DNA of 64,000 nucleotides, from IMG/VR virus record IMGVR_UViG_3300045988_156465, one strand, 5' to 3'. This DNA comes from a virus. The notes beneath the pieces were generated by a model that was not told the origin of the DNA, did no database searches, and saw nothing but the letters and a program-made list of their open reading frames with translations. Shown in pieces: positions 1 through 8,419 of this stretch (position 1 is its first letter; the number at the start of each line of letters is the position of its first letter). A program made the position numbers and the translations under genes.

Positions 1-49
1 GACCGTCCGGTTATGAGCCGGATGCTCTAACCAACTGAGCTAAGAATCC
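1..49 (-). tRNA. tRNA with CAT anticodon (elongator Met or lysidine-type Ile); 3' part cut off by window edge
   Basis: Reverse complement reads GGATTCT TA GCTC AGTTGGTTA GAGC A TCCGG CTCATAA CCGGA CGGTC: acceptor strand, D arm and a perfect 5-bp anticodon stem with CAT centred in a 7-nt loop. The T arm lies outside the window. Confidence 0.85.
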
Positions 50-231
50 AGAGTGGGGCGTGATGCCGTTAAAACGCCCCAAATATGAAGTTGGTGTTTG
101 GTCTTGCTGCCAGCTCCATCAGCATACAAGCCAAAAACCCACCGAGCCGTGCGATGGCTCTTAACAGGATTCCCCTAGTGGGTGAAAGGTCGTGTTATTC
201 ATCTGGAAAAATGTCCAAAAACCAGATGAAA

Positions 232-302
232 AGCACCAGATGGGAATCGAACCCACGCCGTTAGATTGGAAGGCTGATGTTCTGCCATTAAACTACTGGT
301 GC
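232..302 (-). tRNA. tRNA-like gene, formal anticodon TCC (Gly); imperfect anticodon stem
   Basis: Reverse complement has a 7-bp acceptor stem GCACCAG/CTGGTGC, D stem GTTT/GAAC, T arm GTGGG TTCGATT CCCAT, discriminator T and no encoded CCA. The anticodon arm TCAGC CTTCCAA TCTAA pairs at only 3 of 5 positions. Confidence 0.6.
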
Positions 303-425
303 ATATATAAGACCCTGCGTCCGAAAATCAGCGTCTATAGCCGCCTTGTTTCTTTCCATAATCACCGTACAGTCATGAACTAAACCGCTCAAAGGCAAGC
401 GCAACAAACAGGGTACATATCGGTG

Positions 426-650
426 TTATTCCTTTGGCATGCGGAAAATATTGTTTCCAGAGAATGGCAATTCTTCGTATGCCGCATGAAGTTCGTCAAA
501 GACTTCTTTTGCGCGTTCTATAGTTTTGTATGAGCCAAGCAAGGCGGCTGTTTTTCCCATGTCTCCAATAATTTCGTTCCGCTCGTTGATATAGATATAG
601 CATCCATATTCATCAACAGAACCCTTTCCTCTCTGGCTAATAATTCTCAT
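426..650 (-). CDS. small hypothetical phage protein (paralog of 17344..17619)
   Basis: ORF with GAAGGAG 8 nt upstream of the ATG at 650. The N-terminus MRIISQRGKG matches MRIISQGGKI of the 17344 product. Confidence 0.6.
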   Translation of the reverse strand: MRIISQRGKGSVDEYGCYIYINERNEIIGDMGKTAALLGSYKTIERAKEVFDELHAAYEELPFSGNNIFRMPKE

Positions 651-655
651 GTCAT

Positions 656-805
656 TCACTCCTTCGGCTCAAAATAATCACAGCCATAATCATATTCCGT
701 GTAATCAGTGTAATATTCACTATCCTCGTTATTGCAGGTAAAAAGCAACTCATGGTCTACACTGGCATATCTGCACTTACCGCAACATTCTTTTTCATCG
801 TACAT
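656..805 (-). CDS. 49-aa Cys-rich hypothetical protein
   Basis: ORF read by eye (below the track cut-off): MYDEKECCGKCRYASVDHELLFTCNNEDSEYYTDYTEYDYGCDYFEPKE. Its stop overlaps the RBS of the downstream gene. Confidence 0.45.
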   Translation of the reverse strand: MYDEKECCGKCRYASVDHELLFTCNNEDSEYYTDYTEYDYGCDYFEPKE

Positions 806-821
806 TTGTGACACCGCCTAC

Positions 822-1076
822 TTACTCTTTCAAAGTGTAATCTTCGCAGTTATTATTGAGTCTGCAATAATAGCCTACATAACCTATCCTTCCGTAATTT
901 TCCCGTTCCTCAACAATGCAATATTCGCAGTCAATACAGGTTGTATTTGGATGATACTTTGGTCTTGTAGGAGATTTTAATTCCTCAATCTCCTTTTTCA
1001 GATTTTCGATTGTACGGTCTCGCACATCGACATCGAATTCTAAATCCTTAATTCTTCTAAATGGGTTCCAAAACAT
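822..1076 (-). CDS. Cys-rich hypothetical protein
   Basis: ORF in track. AAAGGAG lies 8 nt upstream of the ATG at 1076. Cys cluster CIDCEYC...YYCRLNNNC. Confidence 0.55.
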   Translation of the reverse strand: MFWNPFRRIKDLEFDVDVRDRTIENLKKEIEELKSPTRPKYHPNTTCIDCEYCIVEERENYGRIGYVGYYCRLNNNCEDYTLKE

Positions 1077-1329
1077 TTTTATCACTCCTTTGTGCAGATG
1101 GGGGCTTTTTGTTTTTGAGGATATTTATGGGACTAAGTAGGGGCTTTTTCTACTCCTATCCAGACCCCCACCCCCGTCCATTTTCAACGGCGGAATCATC
1201 CAAGCCGCAACAACCGCTGTTCATCCGCATTGACTATAATTTTCTGTATTTATTCGCAAAATGATAGTTATGCGAATAGTTTTGAATCAATATCTTGTGT
1301 CAAGCATTTATTTTAAACTAGATATTGAT

Positions 1330-1953
1330 TTATTCGTTTCCGCTGTCCGTCAATCTGTCTGCATCTTGTGCAATTTCAACAGTTTTAACCTCGTTTAGTC
1401 TTGGAAGTTCGGCAGCTGATAGGGCGGTGCGATGTCTGTTAGCATCTGGCGCATATGGGCTGTTCCAACCGTAAAAGTGATTTAGGATTGCGATAACGCC
1501 TACAGGGTTCTGCTTTCCTGTGGCTAGTTTGCCCGATAAACTCTCAAGCCTTACATCTACTAGCTTTTTGTAAATTTTGAAAGCTTTATCACTTAGTTTT
1601 TTATTACCATTTCCCCATTCTTTTATTGCATCTCTACTTATCCCTGTTAAAAAACTAAAGCCATTGATAGATACTTCTTTATCGTTCATCAGGGATAAAT
1701 AAATATATATATCGCAGATATGGTCTACAAGCTCATAGTCATAGGCATTACAATTGCTCATTGCTCCTATACCATTCTTGAATAAAATACTAGATTTTAA
1801 CTGTTTAACATCTGGGAATACAATTTTTTTAATATACATCAAGGCGGCATTCCAGACGCTCTGGGATTCCTTGGACATGTCTGTAATTCCCTTTTCGGCA
1901 CAGAATGAATCTAGACACGCCTCGATTTCTGAATCATAAATTTTATTTTCCAT
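1330..1953 (-). CDS. terminase small subunit-like DNA-binding protein (solitary)
   Basis: 207-aa ORF. An HTH-like segment INGFSFLTGISRDAIKEW is followed by KQNPVGVIAILNHFYGWNS, which resembles the AIF-LKN-FGW motif of phage TerS proteins (from memory, not searched). No large terminase gene follows. Confidence 0.5.
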   Translation of the reverse strand: MENKIYDSEIEACLDSFCAEKGITDMSKESQSVWNAALMYIKKIVFPDVKQLKSSILFKNGIGAMSNCNAYDYELVDHICDIYIYLSLMNDKEVSINGFSFLTGISRDAIKEWGNGNKKLSDKAFKIYKKLVDVRLESLSGKLATGKQNPVGVIAILNHFYGWNSPYAPDANRHRTALSAAELPRLNEVKTVEIAQDADRLTDSGNE

Positions 1954-1990
1954 GCTCCGCGCCTCCTTCCTCGTTCCTGCTGCGGTAAAT

Positions 1991-2031
1991 TAAAAAAGCC
2001 GCAGAAAAAGATTTTACTCTCATTCTGCGGC
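1991..2031 (-). terminator. intrinsic terminator immediately upstream of the TerS-like gene
   Basis: Minus strand reads GCCGCAGAA-16 nt loop-TTCTGCGGC followed by TTTTTTA. Confidence 0.6.
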
Positions 2032-2388
2032 GTGTTGGTATCTTAATCAATAATTGGGGTGCCGTCCTTGCCGTTCAGGTCATCCAGGGCAACGGCGTTA
2101 GCTAGATGCCTTTTAAATTCAATTTTCTTTCTTGTGGGATATGATACAAAAATTTAATCATTCTGTCAATAGGGAATTTTATTTTTTATGATTTAATCGG
2201 TTTCTGTATTTGTTTTAAGATTTAATATATTACTACGTACTTAAATTCTTTTTTAGATTTCATTCTTGAATATATTAGATTTCATTGGTTTTACTGTATG
2301 AAGTAAGATACTAGATTACATTCTTTTTAACCCCTTACAGATACAGATGCTTGTATGGGGTATCGTGCATCTTTCAAAAGCTATCTTC

Positions 2389-2640
2389 TTAACCTAGTTT
2401 TTTGAGCCTTTCTATTATGTCAGAATCTTCTTTTTCATCCAGCTTGTATGTGATTAAATGTTCTGGCTTCATGTTCAGAATGATGCAAATTTTGTTAAGA
2501 GATTTCATGCTTATATTTGCATCGTTTTTCTTGATTTTCCGCCATGTGTCGACAGATAACAATCCATTTTTTACAGCCGTGTAAGAAGTAACCCCGGCGG
2601 ATTCTAATGCAGCTGCAACGTCAAATTTAAATACAATCAT
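2389..2640 (-). CDS. XRE-family helix-turn-helix regulator
   Basis: AAGGAGG RBS before the ATG at 2640. Product MIVFKFDVAAALESAGVTSYTAVKNGLLSVDTWRKIKKND has a typical Cro/C1 HTH layout. Confidence 0.75.
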   Translation of the reverse strand: MIVFKFDVAAALESAGVTSYTAVKNGLLSVDTWRKIKKNDANISMKSLNKICIILNMKPEHLITYKLDEKEDSDIIERLKKLG

Positions 2641-2672
2641 TTTAATAACCTCCTTCGTTTTTCCTATTCTCA

Positions 2673-2760
2673 ATTATACGAATTCCACCGCAAAAAATCA
2701 AGATAAGATATCTTTAAAAAGATATCTTCCTAAAATATTAAATCTTTTCAAAGATATCTT
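2673..2760 (-). promoter_or_regulatory. promoter TTGATT-17-TATAAT with three upstream AAGATATCTT palindromes
   Basis: Minus-strand -10 at 2673-2678 and -35 at 2696-2701. The perfect 10-bp palindrome AAGATATCTT occurs at 2705-2714, 2719-2728 and 2751-2760. Confidence 0.6.
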
Positions 2761-2787
2761 TACAAAGATAAATAAATGGTAAAATAT

Positions 2788-2814
2788 GGAAAAATAACCG
2801 CCATTTCTGGCGGT
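2788..2814 (-). terminator. intrinsic terminator after the RHH-like gene
   Basis: Minus strand reads ACCGCCAGAAATGGCGGT followed by TATTTTT, 6 nt after the stop at 2820. Confidence 0.65.
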
Positions 2815-2819
2815 CGGAT

Positions 2820-3359
2820 TTACAATGTTTCTAATCTCGCTCTGGTGAGCATTTCGGCGCGTTTCTTTTCCTTTTCTGCGGTCTCCATTGCCATAAGCTG
2901 GGCATAGGTGGCGGCATATTCGGGATTAGCTAGCAGCTTGCGCCGCTCCTGCTCCTCCTGTTCTTTCCGCTCCTGTCTTTCTTCCTCCTGTCTGATTTCG
3001 TCTGTTTTCCTGTTATCAAACATGGCTTGGATATCCTCGATTGTTAGCGGTTTTAAGCCGTTTTCGGGCGTTCTGACGGGCGTTTCCGCATCGGGTATGG
3101 GATTGGTCGGTTCTGACGTTTCCGGCTCTACAGGGGCAATCTCCGCTGCTTCTGTATCTGGTGTAGTGTCTGCTACTTTTGTAGATTCTTCACCGTTCAG
3201 ATTGTCTAATACGCATTTAACAATAAATCCGTTCAGACTGTCCCCTGCGGCGTTCCTGATTCGTTCTTCGTCCTCCTTTTTGAATCTGACAAGGGTTTTA
3301 AAATAGTTGTTCTTTTCATATTTTGCGGTTGCCCTTATGTGGGCTTTACTTGTAGCCAT
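2820..3359 (-). CDS. DNA-binding protein, N-terminal ribbon-helix-helix-like, charged C-terminal tail
   Basis: 179-aa ORF with AAGGAGG RBS. The N-terminus MATSKAHIRATAKYEKNNYFKTLVRFKKEDEERIRNAAG is followed by a Pro/Glu-rich linker and a charged coiled-coil-like tail. It is divergent from the iteron array. Confidence 0.6.
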   Translation of the reverse strand: MATSKAHIRATAKYEKNNYFKTLVRFKKEDEERIRNAAGDSLNGFIVKCVLDNLNGEESTKVADTTPDTEAAEIAPVEPETSEPTNPIPDAETPVRTPENGLKPLTIEDIQAMFDNRKTDEIRQEEERQERKEQEEQERRKLLANPEYAATYAQLMAMETAEKEKKRAEMLTRARLETL

Positions 3360-3376
3360 CTCGTAACCTCCTTTAT

Positions 3377-3568
3377 TGTTATCGTGTTATTTATTATAAC
3401 GATATCATAATGATGCTATCGTGTCAATATATTCATGTTATCGTGTTAATGCTATCGTTATAAATATATAGTGTTATCGGTATATAATTTGCACAATGAA
3501 TATATAGCGTTATCGTGTTATTTTGGCTACTATTCCGTATTGAAATTATAACACGTTAGCGTTATAAT
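3377..3568. repeat. array of about 8 TTATCG-core iterons in a divergent promoter region
   Basis: Copies include TGTTATCGTGTTA (3377), its inverted copy in ATAACGATATCA (3396), GCTATCGTG (3414), TGTTATCGTGTTA (3436), GCTATCGTTA (3451), TGTTATCGG (3472), CGTTATCGTGTTA (3509) and AGCGTTATAA (3558). A plus-strand promoter TTGAAA-17-TATAAT lies at 3541-3569. Confidence 0.75.
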
Positions 3569-3616
3569 ATACTCAAGAAGTTAAGAAAACAGCAAAACAA
3601 AAGGAGGAAATCAAAA

Positions 3617-3994
3617 ATGAAAGAATTTGAAATCATCGGCAACACAGTTATTAGTAGAGCATTTAAAGAGGATGTTTTTCAAATTGTTGAAAGAATCCCG
3701 GAAATGTTTTTTGTCTGGAACATCGGGGAAAACATGAAATCTGCGGAATGGATTCCGCTGTGTGAGGCTCTCCATCCGGGAGATAAAGACGATTACAGTA
3801 TCAATCCGGACACGTTAAAAGCCATTAATCTTCCAGAAAATGAAGTAAAGCTTTTAAGGGATGCGGCGGATTTCGGTATTAACAGTCTTGCAACCGCAGA
3901 AAAAGCACTCAAGAGCCGCAGACGTGGTTACATGAGCGACAGAAAAAGAGAACAAGCGAAAAAAGTAATTGATATTTTTCGTAGAATCTCATAA
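3617..3994 (+). CDS. hypothetical protein
   Basis: 125-aa ORF with AAGGAGG RBS. No motif recognised. Confidence 0.6.
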   Translation: MKEFEIIGNTVISRAFKEDVFQIVERIPEMFFVWNIGENMKSAEWIPLCEALHPGDKDDYSINPDTLKAINLPENEVKLLRDAADFGINSLATAEKALKSRRRGYMSDRKREQAKKVIDIFRRIS

Positions 3995-4075
3995 GCCGAA
4001 ACGGTCAGAAATGACCGTCAGCCGTGGGATAGTCTCCCGGCTCTGATGATGGCAGACGAAAAAGGAGAAATGAAA

Positions 4076-4351
4076 ATGACAAAGAAAGATTTAATGAAAG
4101 AATTTAACGAATTACAGGAAGAAAAGAAATGCAGAATCGAAGGTATTTACTGGAATAGTAATAAAAGCAGCATCCAAAATGCGATTAACTGCTTAAAATG
4201 TTCTGATGAAATGCTTGAAAAATATTTAATCGTTGTCAGTCTTAAATATGAAAATATCGGGGAAAGGATAAAAAGCAATGGAGATTTTAAGCACCATCCG
4301 CACAACAGGCTTTATGTTTTTAACACCGCAAGGGCAATTTTAGCCGATTAA
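4076..4351 (+). CDS. hypothetical protein
   Basis: ORF in track. AGGAG lies 8 nt before the ATG at 4076. Confidence 0.55.
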   Translation: MTKKDLMKEFNELQEEKKCRIEGIYWNSNKSSIQNAINCLKCSDEMLEKYLIVVSLKYENIGERIKSNGDFKHHPHNRLYVFNTARAILAD

Positions 4352-4454
4352 GTCGAAACCGCCTTCTGGCGGTCTTGGGTAGGGCGGCAACCTTCCAACT
4401 GATGAGACAAGCCAAAGAAAAAAGGAACATGAGAAAAAGAAAGGAAAGATAAGA

Positions 4455-4820
4455 ATGAAAAAATTTGAATTGTTTATGTGCTGTTTGGGAAATGGAATCA
4501 CTGTTTGCGATAAGGCAGTAGAAGAAAACGGAGATTATAAAAGTGTTGCCCATATTGCAAATTGTGGAAAAATCACATGGTATGTCAATCCTGAAAGATA
4601 CATACCATCCGATGCGCTATTAAAAATTGAGCATACGGCTAATGTGCAGCATGAAAAATGGGAACAGTGGTTAAACTCTATGCCGGAGATAAAACAGTAT
4701 GAAAAACTGTTAAATGCTGTTCCGTTGAATGTAATGCTTTATGCAATGGACTTAGGCGGCGGATTGGAAAGAAAAATTCATTACCTAAAGAAAGTGTGTT
4801 ATGAAAAGGCGTACTTTTAA
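4455..4820 (+). CDS. hypothetical protein
   Basis: 121-aa ORF with an AAAGGAAAG purine-rich RBS. No motif recognised. Confidence 0.55.
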   Translation: MKKFELFMCCLGNGITVCDKAVEENGDYKSVAHIANCGKITWYVNPERYIPSDALLKIEHTANVQHEKWEQWLNSMPEIKQYEKLLNAVPLNVMLYAMDLGGGLERKIHYLKKVCYEKAYF

Positions 4821-4885
4821 CAAAAAGGAATCCGCAGGGCTTGACGTTCTGCGGATTGGCTGTGTAGAAAAGGAGAGATAACCGA

Positions 4886-5176
4886 ATGAAAAAAGAAAAG
4901 TTTTTCGCAGTCCGTCAGCTTGCAGGGCAAAAAAAGGAGCGTGTGCTTGCGGAAGGGTACAGGGTGGAGCGCGGAGAATTTGTTTTTTATATCTGCGGCT
5001 CTGGTGGCTCTTGGAGCGTGACAGAAGCAAAAAGCGGTATGTTAATAGGTGTTTACGGAAAAACCCGAAAAGAATGTATAGAAAAATTACAGGCGTTCGA
5101 CCTGTCAAGGCTTGAAAAATTCGACCTTGAGAAGCTGAATAAGGAAATGCTTTCTCTGCCCCTCTGCGGCTTGTGA
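4886..5176 (+). CDS. hypothetical protein
   Basis: 96-aa ORF with AAGGAGAG RBS. Confidence 0.55.
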   Translation: MKKEKFFAVRQLAGQKKERVLAEGYRVERGEFVFYICGSGGSWSVTEAKSGMLIGVYGKTRKECIEKLQAFDLSRLEKFDLEKLNKEMLSLPLCGL

Positions 5177-5507
5177 GAGGGCGCTTTCTTTTTTTTGGCG
5201 GTTAATCGGTCAAGTGAAATAAAAAGGCGGCTTATAGGGGCGAATATAGGGCGAAAATGCATATTGAAAATGTTTTCTGTTTTTGGTATTATAAAAATGA
5301 TTAAGATTTCCCAGTGGATAAAAGTGAGAAATGGCACTGCTTTATGCGGTGCTTTTTTCTTTGCCAAAAATAGGGCGAAAAATTTTTTGAAAGCAGAACC
5401 CCAAAAACCCACCAAAAAGGCAAAATATTCACAAAAAGACAAAAAATATTGCAAAAAAATTGTTAGTGTTATATGATGGAAGGACAAAACAAAAAGGAGG
5501 GTTTTAT

Positions 5508-6353
5508 ATGAAATTTCAAAGATTAAAAGACATGGTTTGCGGTGCTGTGATTGCATCAATGGTCTTGTGTTCTGGTACGGTGGCATTTGCTAAGGTGGCA
5601 AACACAAGTATCCCTGTGTCATTTAGCAATATCAAGATTATTGTCGATGGGAAACAGCTTTCCACAAACAAAGAGCCTTTCACCTACAACGGAACAACCT
5701 ATCTACCTGTTAGGGCGGTAGCCGAAGCGGTTGGTAAAGATGTTACATGGGATGGCGCAACAAAAACGGTTTATCTTGGCGAAAAGCCGCAGAATGCCGC
5801 GCAAACAACAAACAATCAGACGAAAGAATTAAGCGCAAAAGAATACTATTATGAGAAGTACGGTTCTTTTTATTATGACCTTCTTGTAACAAATAATTCT
5901 CCCGATGCGCTGAGGATTGAAAGCAATGTAGTTGCAAAGGATGCGGCAGGAAATTCTATCGGGGCAAAGTCTGATTCTGCTCCTGTTGTCGGCAGTGGAG
6001 AAACAGCTATCTTGACACATATTTTTGATAGTGTTCCTGCAAAAACAACATATACATTAAAAACAGAAAAAGAAACATATTTCAAATCTGCAACCGCAGA
6101 TTTGAAAACAACTTCCTCCAAAGCAGGGGATAAGGTTCTTGTTGCTGCTACAAACTTAGGAAACTATGATATGGAATTTGTAAAGGCAACTGTATTTTTC
6201 TTCAAAAATGGGAAAGTAGTTGGTTCTGATTACAAATATTTAGACGATAATAGCTACAAACTGAGCGCAGGCGGAACAGTTACGGAAGAATTTGAGCTAT
6301 TCCCAGAAAATGAATTTGATAAGTATGAGGTATACGTTGAAGCGAGAAAATAA
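5508..6353 (+). CDS. secreted protein with copper-amine-oxidase N-terminal-like (stalk) domain
   Basis: AAAAGGAGGG RBS. Signal peptide MKFQRLKDMVCGAVIASMVLCSGTVAFA. IKIIVDGKQL..PFTYNGTTYLPVRAVAEAVG matches the stalk-domain pattern common in clostridial secreted proteins. Confidence 0.7.
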   Translation: MKFQRLKDMVCGAVIASMVLCSGTVAFAKVANTSIPVSFSNIKIIVDGKQLSTNKEPFTYNGTTYLPVRAVAEAVGKDVTWDGATKTVYLGEKPQNAAQTTNNQTKELSAKEYYYEKYGSFYYDLLVTNNSPDALRIESNVVAKDAAGNSIGAKSDSAPVVGSGETAILTHIFDSVPAKTTYTLKTEKETYFKSATADLKTTSSKAGDKVLVAATNLGNYDMEFVKATVFFFKNGKVVGSDYKYLDDNSYKLSAGGTVTEEFELFPENEFDKYEVYVEARK

Positions 6354-6373
6354 TATTGAAAAGGAGTTTAACC

Positions 6374-6934
6374 ATGGAAAACAAAGAAAATGAAGTAAAA
6401 AAGTGCAAACATTGCCAGTCAGATATTCCGAAAAAAGCTAAGATTTGCCCGAATTGTCGGAAAAAGCAAGGCGGTAAGTTGAAATTTATTATTGCATGGA
6501 TTTTTTTAATTATTATTGCGATTGCTTCGATTGGCGGCGGAGATGGTTCAGGGAAAAAAGACGATTCAGAAAATATTTCGCCTGAGCAGTACAAGTCTGA
6601 GTGCATAGATGTTTCCTATGATGATTTGGCAAGGAAACCAGACGAATACGAAGGGCAGAAAGTGAAGTTCCGCGGACAAATTAGGCAGGTCGTGAAAGAT
6701 TCTGACAGTAGCACTTCCGAATATTTGATTCCTGTTACGGAAGGTGATTACGGTTTATGGGATGATAATGTGTTTGTAAAGCTCAGCCCAGACAACAAGG
6801 ATGGAAAATTCCTTGAAGATGATATTGTAACATTCTACGGCGAATCAGCAGGGGAGTATAAATATACAAGTATTTTGGGGCAGTCTATAACAATCCCTTG
6901 TGTGAAAGCTGTTTACATGGAAATTACGGAATAA
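6374..6934 (+). CDS. zinc-ribbon membrane protein with extracytoplasmic domain
   Basis: AAGGAG RBS. CKHCQSD..CPNCRKK zinc ribbon, one TM helix FIIAWIFLIIIAIASIGGG, then a soluble C-terminal domain. Confidence 0.7.
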   Translation: MENKENEVKKCKHCQSDIPKKAKICPNCRKKQGGKLKFIIAWIFLIIIAIASIGGGDGSGKKDDSENISPEQYKSECIDVSYDDLARKPDEYEGQKVKFRGQIRQVVKDSDSSTSEYLIPVTEGDYGLWDDNVFVKLSPDNKDGKFLEDDIVTFYGESAGEYKYTSILGQSITIPCVKAVYMEITE

Positions 6935-7029
6935 GGATAGAATCAAAAAAGAAAAAGAATAAAAAGCAATAGAGAATGAGCATCGCAGAAAAGCGGTGCT
7001 TTTTCTTTTGGAAAATTTTAAGAAAACAC

Positions 7030-7073
7030 TTGACAAAATGTAATTACAAAGTTAAAATGAAAATGTAATTACA
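7030..7073 (+). promoter_or_regulatory. promoter TTGACA-17-TAAAAT with two copies of the operator AAATGTAATTACAAA
   Basis: -35 at 7030-7035 and -10 at 7053-7058. The palindrome TGTAATTACA lies at 7039-7048 (in the spacer) and 7064-7073 (just after the -10). Confidence 0.7.
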
Positions 7074-7095
7074 AATTGAAGGGTGGTGATGGAAA

Positions 7096-7272
7096 ATGTC
7101 GCCTAAGATGGGACAAAAGATAACGGATAATCCAAAAAACAAGTTAATTCAAGTTAGAATGGATAAGGAGACGGTAGAAAAATTAGATTATTTAGCTGCT
7201 GAACAAAATTCTGACAGGTCTAAAATAATTAGGCAGGGGATTGAAATTCAGTACAACCAAAGAAACAAATAA
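7096..7272 (+). CDS. Arc/Mnt/CopG-type ribbon-helix-helix repressor (58 aa)
   Basis: ORF read by eye: MSPKMGQKITDNPKNKLIQVRMDKETVEKLDYLAAEQNSDRSKIIRQGIEIQYNQRNK. It has a strand-helix-helix pattern and lies directly downstream of the operator pair. Confidence 0.65.
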   Translation: MSPKMGQKITDNPKNKLIQVRMDKETVEKLDYLAAEQNSDRSKIIRQGIEIQYNQRNK

Positions 7273-7398
7273 AAAAAGGCGGTAACTGCCACAGACTACC
7301 AATCAATAACAGTTGCCACCGCACGCCATAAGGAGTGTATATAAAGTATAGCACTGTATACCTCCTTTTGGCAATAATAAATAAAGGAGGTTATCGAA

Positions 7399-8070
7399 AT
7401 GAATGACGTTATTACAATCGAAAACACCGAAATGCAAATCAGAGAGTACAACGGCGAAAGGGTTGTGACATTCAAAGACATTGATACGGTACATCAGAAT
7501 AAAAGTGGAACAGCATATAGAAATTTCAATCGAAACAAAAAATATTTCGTAGAGGGCAAACATTTCTATGTTTTGAAAAAGCAAAATTCTAATGTGACAA
7601 ATTGTCTTAATAGAAATATTGTTGTTCCGAATAAAGGGATAACGGTATTGACTGAAAGAGGGTGCTTATTGGTTGCAAAATCGTTTAATGACGCTCTATC
7701 TTGGAAAGTACAGGATATGCTTGTAGATGTATATTTCAAGGTCAGAGCGGTGCAGAAAGAGCCATATTACAAAGAACCGCTCGCAGAGGATTTCACGCCC
7801 AGAGTGCCGATTGTATCTGACTGGTACGAGAGGAACAAGGGCAGGATGTACCGACTTTGCAGAGACAGCGGAAACAGCCGCAGTTATCTGTATCATTGTA
7901 TCTTGAATCGACTTTCCGAACGATACGATTTGAACGCAGCAAGGGAGATTTACAAGAACGAGGTCGGGAATTATCCGGAATACCCGATTGATATTGTAAA
8001 ATATTTCCCAGAGTTAGAACAGGATGCGGACAAAATCCTTGACCGTATCGAGCGAATGACCTACAGGTAA
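7399..8070 (+). CDS. phage antirepressor-like protein (ORF6N-type N-terminal domain)
   Basis: AAGGAGG RBS. EMQIREYNGERVVTFKDIDTVHQNKSGTAYRNFNRNKKYFVEGKHFY...LTERGCLLVAKSF matches the ORF6N/Ant pattern. Paralog of 10209..11018. Confidence 0.7.
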   Translation: MNDVITIENTEMQIREYNGERVVTFKDIDTVHQNKSGTAYRNFNRNKKYFVEGKHFYVLKKQNSNVTNCLNRNIVVPNKGITVLTERGCLLVAKSFNDALSWKVQDMLVDVYFKVRAVQKEPYYKEPLAEDFTPRVPIVSDWYERNKGRMYRLCRDSGNSRSYLYHCILNRLSERYDLNAAREIYKNEVGNYPEYPIDIVKYFPELEQDADKILDRIERMTYR

Positions 8071-8104
8071 AAAAGGAAAGGGGGCTAATAAAAGCCCCTC
8101 AATC

Positions 8105-8419
8105 CTAAAATATTCGTTTCAATATGTAACGATTGCCGCCACAAGTGATGAGAGCCTTGGACAGCCCATCGTCAATAATTTCCGAATTGGAAATTTCCAG
8201 AACCTTTACCAGAGATATACCGACATTGTCGCAGATTCTAACGAACGTGGAAAGCCGCATATCTTCCGGTTCCTCATTGATGATATTATACATAGCCTTG
8301 TATGATAAATCGCACTGGATGGAAAGCTGCGCAACGCTCCACCCCTTTAGAAGCATCTCGCGGCATAACTCGGATTTAAGATTCGATATACATTGCCCCG
8401 GTTTTACCCCATAATTCAC
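8105..8419 (-). CDS. XRE-family HTH regulator
   Basis: 104-aa ORF. LLKGWSVAQLSIQCDLSYKAMYNIINEE is a typical HTH. Confidence 0.65.
   Translation of the reverse strand: MNYGVKPGQCISNLKSELCREMLLKGWSVAQLSIQCDLSYKAMYNIINEEPEDMRLSTFVRICDNVGISLVKVLEISNSEIIDDGLSKALITCGGNRYILKRIF

Noticed and set aside
84-100. Left att site of E1 matching the AAATTGGTGTAG duplication at the right end.
   Set aside because: Only about 8 nt (TTGGTGTT) are shared, which is too short to distinguish from chance. The E1 left boundary is left unresolved.
5053-5586. ORFs of 177 aa (minus) and 93 aa (plus) in the 5177-5507 spacer.
   Set aside because: The region is A/T homopolymer-rich promoter and terminator DNA: a hairpin GCAC..GTGC plus T-run near 5335-5360, and TAGGGCGAAAA repeats. 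The products are low-complexity and neither ORF has an RBS.
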